A stretch of DNA of 64,000 bases from Candidatus Helarchaeota archaeon (GTDB lineage: Archaea; Asgardarchaeota; Lokiarchaeia; Helarchaeales; RDOG01). The position numbers and the translations under genes are program-made. Positions 56,571 to 64,000 of this stretch are shown here, one piece after another; position 1 is the stretch's first letter; the number at the start of each line of letters is the position of its first letter. The stretch spans positions 245,566-309,565 of the forward strand of contig JAHPZH010000001.1 of NCBI GenBank assembly GCA_019058315.1, written 5' to 3'. The notes below the pieces were generated by a model, which saw nothing but the letters and a program-made list of their open reading frames with translations, did not search any database and was not told where the DNA came from.

Positions 56571-58037
56571 TTACAATTCCTCCTTCAAGATTTTTATTTC
56601 CTTTGCCCATCGTTCACTAAATGCTGGGTCATATTCCCAACGATGTTTTGCAGGTTCACTGGCTTCAATTAATATTTTCCATTTTTCAATTAAATCGAGC
56701 ATATTTGTGAGCACGTCAAGTAAAGGAATTGCACCTCTTAATCCATTTACTAATCTCTTGACTCCTTCATAATCGATTTTAAATGGAGGACAACCCCATT
56801 GGTCTACATAAGCGGGTTCTTTTTTGAATAATCCTTTCCTATATTTTTTCTCTCGAAATTTGTAATTTTGTGTGCTACATACTGCACAATCCCCCATTAC
56901 TAATACAACTGCACCTTCGGGTGGTTCTGGTGGGTTTTCACCTACTAATAAAAAAAGAGGATGCCCAATTTTATGGCTTTCAATCAAAAACTTCAACCCA
57001 AAACTCCTAAAAAGGTCAATCATAAATCTAACAGCCATAGAACAAGCACCATTGCAGACATCACCTTTTAAAACAGTCATATATGGTTCAAGATTCTTAT
57101 AATCAAAATTCAAATTTGCCCTAATAACTTCAAATCGATGAGCATCGAGGATTTCACCAATTACTCTAATTTTCGAAATGTCTCCTTGACCAATACCCCT
57201 CTCATGTGCGTCTTTTATTAACTCAATCTCGTTAAGTGGATCAAACCCCATAATATATGAAGTGCATGCATCTACTGCCACAGGATCCGTCCCTGCGAGG
57301 ATGAGATCTTTCTTCACTAGAGGTATTCTGTATCTCGGGTCTGTTTTGGGTGGTATTGGTGAAATCCAAGGTCCCTGTCCTTGAACAACATACCACATAT
57401 CCATGACGACGAGATCTGGTCTTGCTCTAGTCATCATCAAATCTGTAAATTTCCACATTAACGATTTTCCTGCATCTTCCTGAACAGCATGTGATTCCCA
57501 TTTATCCTCATCACATAATATTCCCTGATTGAGTTTTAATGAGAGTGTAACTTGTGTGACTGAATGAGTTTTTGCCACAGGTATCGAAATTAAAACATCA
57601 CTTGTCAATAATTCTTTATGAAGCCTAATTTTTTTGAAAGTTTTACCATTTGGAACATCTACCCATTCAAAATCTTTGTTTCCATCATCCCTCAGATATA
57701 AATAACGTGCTCCCATCCGTTTAGCGAAATCATCATAATTAAGCATACGAAATGTTAGCCTTGATGAAAGGGAGAGAAAAGGCGAATCAGAAATTATAAT
57801 ATCAGAAGCACCCGCTTCTTTACACATTTCTACAACAGTAAATAAAACATCTCCACTAGTTGTGGAATGTTGAGTTGGGCTCATTAAATTAGGTTTAATG
57901 AATACTTTATCTCCCTTTTTTACAAATTTTTCCATTCCACCAAGCTGATTTATGGCAATACGAGTTGTTTGTCTAATTTCAGGACCAAAAGCCACGGAAA
58001 CAGTTGGTGAACTACTTGATGAATTTATTTCAGTCAA
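56571..58037 (-). CDS. DUF362 Fe-S protein
   Basis: VFIKPNL, AKTH..TLSLK, QGQGP, DPVAVDA; C-terminal CNGAC..GDCA..GCPP. Confidence 0.85.
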   Translation of the reverse strand: MTEINSSSSSPTVSVAFGPEIRQTTRIAINQLGGMEKFVKKGDKVFIKPNLMSPTQHSTTSGDVLFTVVEMCKEAGASDIIISDSPFLSLSSRLTFRMLNYDDFAKRMGARYLYLRDDGNKDFEWVDVPNGKTFKKIRLHKELLTSDVLISIPVAKTHSVTQVTLSLKLNQGILCDEDKWESHAVQEDAGKSLMWKFTDLMMTRARPDLVVMDMWYVVQGQGPWISPIPPKTDPRYRIPLVKKDLILAGTDPVAVDACTSYIMGFDPLNEIELIKDAHERGIGQGDISKIRVIGEILDAHRFEVIRANLNFDYKNLEPYMTVLKGDVCNGACSMAVRFMIDLFRSFGLKFLIESHKIGHPLFLLVGENPPEPPEGAVVLVMGDCAVCSTQNYKFREKKYRKGLFKKEPAYVDQWGCPPFKIDYEGVKRLVNGLRGAIPLLDVLTNMLDLIEKWKILIEASEPAKHRWEYDPAFSERWAKEIKILKEEL

Positions 58038-58214
58038 TATTTTATCCTTTTCTTGATATTAGATAATTATAACTAGATAATCGATATTAAATGACAAATT
58101 TTAATTGTATTATTTAAAGTGATTATGATAATTAATAATCAAGATATGTGTCTTTTTAAAAACATCAAATATAATGTAAGCAGAAAATTTTGGTTTTAAA
58201 AGGAGATTACCCAA

Positions 58215-60005
58215 TTGGATAATATTTCTTCTGAAGACGTAATTAATCTCGATTATTCTGATAAAAAGAGAGCTGAAATTATTCGGAAATTAAAGAGCGT
58301 TGATTTCGACATTTTAATTATAGGGGGAGGCATAACTGGTGCGGGAGTGGCTCGGGATGCTGTTTTTCGTGGTTTAAATGTAGCTTTGGTTGAAAAAGAT
58401 GATTTTGCTGAAGGAACAAGTTCAAGATCCACTAAGATGTTTCATGGCGGATTGAGATATTTAAAAGATTATGAAATGAAGTTGGTTAAGGAGTCTACTA
58501 TGGAGCGTAATTGGGCAAGAGATGTAGCTTTGCCGCATAATGTAAGACCCGTTCAATTCTTAGTTCCGGTGTTTGGTGAAAGAAAAGATCCTAAAACCGG
58601 TAACACTATACCGCCCAGTAGCAATGATATGGAAACAATCAAGATAGCGTTAGATATGTATGATGGGTTATGTAATCATCAGAATTACAAACCTTGGCAA
58701 ATTATAGATGATCCAAAAAAAGTCGCTGAAATAGAACCCGAACTTAATACCACTTCTCTAATCGGTGCTGGTCTATATTATGATACTAACATGGATGATG
58801 CTCGCATAGTGGTCGAAACAATCAAAGAATGTGTTGCTTCAAGTAAATGTACAGCTTTAAATTATCTAAAAGTAATTGATTTTATTAAAAATGATAAGGG
58901 GATTATTAATGGTATCAAAGTAGTTGAAAATGATAAATTCTCGCCTGATCTAAAATCAGAACCTTTTATAATAAAAGCAAATATAGTTGTCAATTGCACA
59001 GGTATTTGGGCCGATGAGATATTAGAAAACAAAGGAAAAGATAAGATAATCTCACCCACAAAAGGAATCCATTTTATTGTCAAAAAGGATGATTTTAACA
59101 TTAACCACGCAGTCGGTATGAGTATCATAGAAGATCATAGATTCACATTTGTAATACCCCGAGAAAATTGGATTTTAATTGGTACATCTGATACTTTTTA
59201 TGACAAAGATTTTGATAGTCCCGTCGCTACAAATGATGATATTGAATATTTTAGAAATTCTGTAAAGTTTTTATTTCCTAATGCAAAAATTGATGATGCA
59301 CACATCCTAGGGACTTATGCGGGGCTTCGTCCTCTAGTACGTGAGCCCGGTAAAAGTGAAAGTGATATAAGTAGAAAACATATCTGCTTGGATAGAGAAG
59401 ATGGGCTTTTTTCATTACTAGGTGGTAAATATACGACTTTTAGAGCAATGGCAGAAGACTTAATGCGAAAATACATCATACGAAGCAAAAAAGTGGATAT
59501 AACTCGAGGTGGAAAAATTAATGTGCTGAAGGATAAAAAACTGACGAAAGTGCCTTATAAAATTGCACTAAAACGTAATGAATTTGAAACTAGTAATCAA
59601 TATAAAGCAGCAAAAGATAAAATTCACCCAACAATCTTGAACCATCTCTTTATAGAATTTGGTAAGGGTGTTCTAAAGATAATAGATGAAATTTTAAAAG
59701 ATAATGATTTGGGAAAACAATTAATTGAAGATCCCAAATATCCACCAAAATATTTCCCTTGGATAAAAGGAGAAATTAAATATATAGTAAAACATGAAAT
59801 TCCTAGACATTTAAAGGATGTATTATGCCGACGCACAGAAATTTGTTGGTTAGTAGATCCTTCAAGACAACGCAAAGTAGCTAACGCAACAGCTGATATT
59901 ATGGGTGATTTATTAAACTGGGATGAGGATAAAAGACAAAAGGAGATTGAATTTTATCTAAATTATATTAAAGCAAATTCTGTTTTTTATAAAGGAGAAA
60001 TCTGA
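58215..60005 (+). CDS. glpD: FAD-dependent glycerol-3-phosphate dehydrogenase (GlpA/GlpD)
   Basis: IGGGITGAGVARD, GTSSRSTKMFHGGLRYL, DDAR, KGIH, AGLRPL, GGKYTTFR-x-MAE. Confidence 0.92.
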   Translation: MDNISSEDVINLDYSDKKRAEIIRKLKSVDFDILIIGGGITGAGVARDAVFRGLNVALVEKDDFAEGTSSRSTKMFHGGLRYLKDYEMKLVKESTMERNWARDVALPHNVRPVQFLVPVFGERKDPKTGNTIPPSSNDMETIKIALDMYDGLCNHQNYKPWQIIDDPKKVAEIEPELNTTSLIGAGLYYDTNMDDARIVVETIKECVASSKCTALNYLKVIDFIKNDKGIINGIKVVENDKFSPDLKSEPFIIKANIVVNCTGIWADEILENKGKDKIISPTKGIHFIVKKDDFNINHAVGMSIIEDHRFTFVIPRENWILIGTSDTFYDKDFDSPVATNDDIEYFRNSVKFLFPNAKIDDAHILGTYAGLRPLVREPGKSESDISRKHICLDREDGLFSLLGGKYTTFRAMAEDLMRKYIIRSKKVDITRGGKINVLKDKKLTKVPYKIALKRNEFETSNQYKAAKDKIHPTILNHLFIEFGKGVLKIIDEILKDNDLGKQLIEDPKYPPKYFPWIKGEIKYIVKHEIPRHLKDVLCRRTEICWLVDPSRQRKVANATADIMGDLLNWDEDKRQKEIEFYLNYIKANSVFYKGEI

Positions 60006-60042
60006 TTGTGATTTTTTCTGATTAACTAAAAATTGGGGAATT

Positions 60043-61182
60043 TTGATGAGTAAAGTTCCAAATTCAAATGAAGAAAACAAATCAAACGTTAAAGAAACCG
60101 CATCAGATTGGTTTGATAAGGGAATTGAAAATTGCAAGTCTAAAGACTATAATAAAGCTTTGGAATGTTTTAAAAAAGTGATTGAGATTGATCCTAAATA
60201 CGAGGATGCTTGGTTCCAATTAGGATGGGTGTACTCTGAACTTTACAATGCACAGAAACCTCCTGAGGATCCATTTGGATTTGATGATAATCCCTTTTAT
60301 GGCGAAAATGATGTTGAGCTGCTTAAAAATGCAATTGACTGCTACGAGAAAGCAGTTAGCTTAGAACCAGAAAATTGGCAAGCTTGGTATAATCTGGGAA
60401 AGAAATATCAAGATGAGCATAAAAATTACCAGAAAGCAATTGATTGTTACGAAAAAGCTCTAGAAATTTCTCCCGAATTTAGTTACGCTTGGAACAATAT
60501 GGGACTTGCATATGATGATCTAGGAGATCACCAAAAGGCTGCAGAATGTTATGAAAAAGCAATTAAGTTCGATCCTAAAAATCAAATTGCTTTGGTTAAT
60601 TATGCGATTAATCAACATTCTTTAAAGAACTATTTGAAATCAATGGAATGTTATGACCAAGCAATGGAGGTTGAACCCCTAGATTTTACTGCAAAGATGA
60701 GTCTACAAGCAGCAATGGAATCTATCAAATCAAAAATTAAGCCCAATCATAAAAATATAGATTTATGGATGCAAATGGGGATCAATTATGGAAAGTTACT
60801 TATTCATAATAAAGCTATTGAATGTTTTAAACAGATAATTGAATTAGATGTACAAAATTTTGCTGCTTGGCATAACATCAGTATTACTTACCATATATTA
60901 AATGATCACCAAAAATTTCTTGATTGTTTTGAAAAGCGTGACAAATTATTAAAAGATTTAAAAAGAGTCTCGATAATCACTACTGATCAAGGACCTTTCT
61001 ATCCCGATATATTTTGGTTATTAGAAAGCAGCTCTGAAATTGGGATTATCCCCCAAGAAGGGCCAGATTCGGAATTTCTTATAAAAGTACAACCTCTTCC
61101 CAGCTTCGACAATAAGGCAGTAATAATGGCAATGACGAGTTCAGAAGATAATATTTTTGTCTGCTGGGAAAAAAAGAAATGA
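60043..61182 (+). CDS. TPR protein with distinct C-terminal domain
   Basis: Multiple TPRs; ~70-aa tail TTDQGPF..DIFW..LPSFDNKAVIMAM..CW. Confidence 0.85.
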   Translation: MMSKVPNSNEENKSNVKETASDWFDKGIENCKSKDYNKALECFKKVIEIDPKYEDAWFQLGWVYSELYNAQKPPEDPFGFDDNPFYGENDVELLKNAIDCYEKAVSLEPENWQAWYNLGKKYQDEHKNYQKAIDCYEKALEISPEFSYAWNNMGLAYDDLGDHQKAAECYEKAIKFDPKNQIALVNYAINQHSLKNYLKSMECYDQAMEVEPLDFTAKMSLQAAMESIKSKIKPNHKNIDLWMQMGINYGKLLIHNKAIECFKQIIELDVQNFAAWHNISITYHILNDHQKFLDCFEKRDKLLKDLKRVSIITTDQGPFYPDIFWLLESSSEIGIIPQEGPDSEFLIKVQPLPSFDNKAVIMAMTSSEDNIFVCWEKKK

Positions 61183-61193
61183 AATGAAAGTTA

Positions 61194-61976
61194 ATGGCAC
61201 AAATAAATCTAACAATATCAATAAGTGGTAAAGGAGGGACAGGAAAAACTACTTTTACAGCATTATTATTAAAATATTTGATTCAAAATGATTTTAAAAA
61301 TATCCTCGCTGTAGATGCAGATCCAGCAGTAAACCTTGGAGATGTATTGGGAATTAGGGTGATTAATAATACTATTGGGGAAATTGTGGATAAAACTATG
61401 GATGAAGTTGAGGATAAATCTGAAGATTATGATGCTCCTACACTTTTAGAATATAAAATTTGGGAATCAATTATAAAAAATGAAGACCTGCATTTTGATC
61501 TATTATCAATGGGCAAAACTAGCGGAAATAAATGTTATTGTGCAGTAAATAAAGCACTAGTTGCTATGCTAGATTACTTAAAATCTTTTTATAATATCAT
61601 TTTGATAGATATGGAAGCAGGACTAGAGCATTTGTCCCGTGGAACCGATAAAAATATGGATATTCTATTTATTGTGGTTAATCCATCTCGTATGTCACTT
61701 AATACTGCAACAACAATTTCTGAAATATTGAAGGAATGTCACTTAACTTTTAAGGATGTTTACGTAATTGGAAATAAATTTCTAACAAATTCTGATAAAA
61801 TTTTAGAGGATTTTTGTAAAAAAATTAATTTTAAATATGTAGGCTCAATTCCATACGATAAAGATATAGAAAAATTGAATTTTGATGGAAAATCTCTTTT
61901 AAATTTATCCGAAAATTCTAATGCTTTTAAAAAATTAGAAGAAATTCTTAATTATTATACTTTTTTAGCTAAATGA
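61194..61976 (+). CDS. cooC: CooC/AcsF-type nickel-insertion ATPase
   Basis: GKGGTGKTT, DADP, CYC Ni-binding motif, DMEAGLEHLSRGT. Confidence 0.87.
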   Translation: MAQINLTISISGKGGTGKTTFTALLLKYLIQNDFKNILAVDADPAVNLGDVLGIRVINNTIGEIVDKTMDEVEDKSEDYDAPTLLEYKIWESIIKNEDLHFDLLSMGKTSGNKCYCAVNKALVAMLDYLKSFYNIILIDMEAGLEHLSRGTDKNMDILFIVVNPSRMSLNTATTISEILKECHLTFKDVYVIGNKFLTNSDKILEDFCKKINFKYVGSIPYDKDIEKLNFDGKSLLNLSENSNAFKKLEEILNYYTFLAK

Positions 61977-62018
61977 TGAAGTTATTCGAGTTCACAGATT
62001 TAAAAAAGAAAAAATGGT

Positions 62019-62834
62019 TTAAAGAGTACCTAAAAAGTCTTCCAAAGCTTTATGATAGTCATCAGTTGCTTCAAATTGAATCATATGACCAATTTTAGGG
62101 GATAGCTTTACTAATTTTGAGTTGGGTATTAATTCATTCATTTTTTCTGAGTCTTGAGGGGGAATAAAAATATCTGAAACACCGGTTAGAATTAATGTAG
62201 GAACATTAATGTTCTTCAATTTATCTACCACATCGTAATTAAGAACAATTGCATGCATAGTTTTGACTCCGATAAACTCTTCATTTTCTAAAGTTAATCT
62301 GATAAATTCTTTAACTATATCCTTATGCTCCCTTTTATATGATCTATGGAAGCAAAGATTCACGAGAATATTTTTAACCGAATCTGGGTCTATAACTTTC
62401 ATAGTTCCAGCATCAATATCCTTGATATATTGATCAAGACCTGGATTTTGTAATTTAGGTGCTGTAGACATTAAGACTAATCCTTTAAGTCTTTTCGCCA
62501 AATTTGGAGTCGTTGCATAGGTTTGAGCTATCATACCTCCCATAGAATGACCTATTAATACAATCTTTTCATCCCCGATTATTTGTTCAAGAGCTTCATC
62601 CAAATATTGAGCTAAATCTTGCAAATTATATTCTTCCGATTCTGGTTTATCACTTTTTCCATGTCCGAGATGATCAATAGCAATTGCACGATACCCCTTT
62701 TTGGAAAAATGTTCAATTTGTGCTTCAAATAACCAAGTTGAACCCAAATATCCGTGAATAAATACTAAAGGTTGTCCTTTTCCCTTTTCAATATAATTTA
62801 CCTTATAACCTTTTTTTATTTTTACAAATGGCAA
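62019..62834 (-). CDS. alpha/beta hydrolase
   Basis: HGY, GHGKS, GHSMGG, IGHM. Confidence 0.9.
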   Translation of the reverse strand: MPFVKIKKGYKVNYIEKGKGQPLVFIHGYLGSTWLFEAQIEHFSKKGYRAIAIDHLGHGKSDKPESEEYNLQDLAQYLDEALEQIIGDEKIVLIGHSMGGMIAQTYATTPNLAKRLKGLVLMSTAPKLQNPGLDQYIKDIDAGTMKVIDPDSVKNILVNLCFHRSYKREHKDIVKEFIRLTLENEEFIGVKTMHAIVLNYDVVDKLKNINVPTLILTGVSDIFIPPQDSEKMNELIPNSKLVKLSPKIGHMIQFEATDDYHKALEDFLGTL

Positions 62835-62946
62835 AATATCACCTTTAAAATTTTTATTTGTTAATCCTATAAACAGATGAAATTAAAAATATTCAGTAAA
62901 ATAGCTAAACATATTAAATAAAATTTGATATTAAAAGTGTTCGAAT

Positions 62947-64000
62947 TTGAATGAAAATAAAGTAGGATTAATAAAAAACCTACGAATTAATCCGAATCTT
63001 GGTCATACTGGAGCAATATCCTCGGTAGCGGTCTCTCCTGATGGAAAGTTTATTATTAGTGGAGCATGCGATAGAACTGTTAAAATCTGGGAATTCGAAT
63101 CCGGAAAACTGCTCCGTACACTCGAAGGACATACTGATTTTGTGCACTCAGTCTCAGTTTCTCCCGACGGTAATTATATAATCTCAGGGGCTTCTGACAG
63201 CTCTATCAAAATTTGGGAGCTAAAGACAGGAAAGCTCATTCACACAATTCAAGAAGTTGATTCAATGCGGCTTCCACATTCTATGTGGTCTGTGGTTTTT
63301 TCACCTGATGGAAAATATATTATTAGTGGAACAAGTGCTTTTGAAAAGTACGTTATGATGTGGGAATTAAAAACTGGGAAGTTAGTTCATGTTTATAAAG
63401 ACCATGAAGGATCAGTGGAATCTGTTGCGGTTTCACCAGATGGTAAATATATTGTTTCTGGATCTGATGATAGAACTGTAAAAATCTGGGATTTAAAGAC
63501 TGCAAAACTTATTAGAAATTTATTAGGTCATAAGTTTACTATTACTTCTGTTGCAATTTCTCCTGATGGAAAATATATTGCCAGTGGGGGTTATGATGAG
63601 ACTGTTAAGGTCTGGGAAATGGAGACAGGAAAGCTTGTTTATGACCTTATAGGGCATGAATATAATATAAATTCTCTCATATTTTCAACTAACGGAAAAA
63701 TTATTAGTGCATCTGAAGGAGGGGTTATTAAAATTTGGGACATAAAAACGGGGAAGCTTATCCATACAATTAAAGCGCATTTAGATATGGCTAGTGTTGC
63801 AGTTTCTCCCGATGGTAAATATCTTGTAAGTGGTTCCAGTGATATGACCATTAAAAAGTGGGATATTGAAACATGGAAACCAAAGCTTACTATTGAATGT
63901 CATAGAGATAGTATATCATCAGTTGCAACATCCCATAATGGTGAATTCATAATCGCTGGTTCTAATTATGGTACAATTAAAATATGGGATAAAACCTGGA
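62947..64000 (+). CDS. WD40 repeat protein (partial, runs off the window; not in ORF track)
   Basis: Frame-1 translation from TTG 62947: GHTGAISSVAVSPDGKFIISGACDRTVKIWE, then about 7 more H..V-x-x-SPDG..SG-x-x-D-x-x-(V/I)KIW repeats; no stop seen before 64000. Confidence 0.92.
   Translation, partial: MNENKVGLIKNLRINPNLGHTGAISSVAVSPDGKFIISGACDRTVKIWEFESGKLLRTLEGHTDFVHSVSVSPDGNYIISGASDSSIKIWELKTGKLIHTIQEVDSMRLPHSMWSVVFSPDGKYIISGTSAFEKYVMMWELKTGKLVHVYKDHEGSVESVAVSPDGKYIVSGSDDRTVKIWDLKTAKLIRNLLGHKFTITSVAISPDGKYIASGGYDETVKVWEMETGKLVYDLIGHEYNINSLIFSTNGKIISASEGGVIKIWDIKTGKLIHTIKAHLDMASVAVSPDGKYLVSGSSDMTIKKWDIETWKPKLTIECHRDSISSVATSHNGEFIIAGSNYGTIKIWDKTW

Noticed and set aside
714-63851. Numerous 60-134 aa ORFs overlapping long genes, mostly antisense (e.g. 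7740-8075, 22982-23386, 30191-30571, 33120-33518, 63639-63851)
   Set aside because: Shadow or alternative-frame ORFs lying within well-supported genes and lacking motifs

Overview
Very AT-rich, gene-dense archaeal DNA that is almost certainly from an Asgard archaeon (Lokiarchaeia-like). The assignment rests on a GGGP synthase, tungsten AOR and TrmB together with several eukaryotic-signature proteins: an ESCRT-II Vps22/36-like protein, a Rag/Gtr-like GTPase, three longin-like domains, a RING-variant finger, and WD40, ankyrin, TPR and HEAT repeat proteins. About 55 CDS are present. I found no rRNA, tRNA, CRISPR array or transposase. The most striking locus is a four-gene minus-strand operon (6246->3387) encoding a helical protein, a soluble SPFH/band-7 protein, an ESCRT-II-like tandem winged-helix protein and a RING + double-zinc-ribbon protein. 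Its products share pairwise matching short motifs, suggesting an SPFH-RING-ESCRT-II membrane quality-control complex. The second is a GGGP synthase-DUF92 (VTE6-like)-polyprenol kinase (VTE5-like) operon that reads as an isoprenoid-alcohol salvage route into ether lipids. Other points are a ubiquitin-like protein with a capped diglycine, two surface beta-propellers sharing an unusual C-terminal signal, and two genes missed by the ORF track (a 53-aa zinc finger and a partial WD40 protein). All family assignments come from motif recognition by eye; no database search was run.
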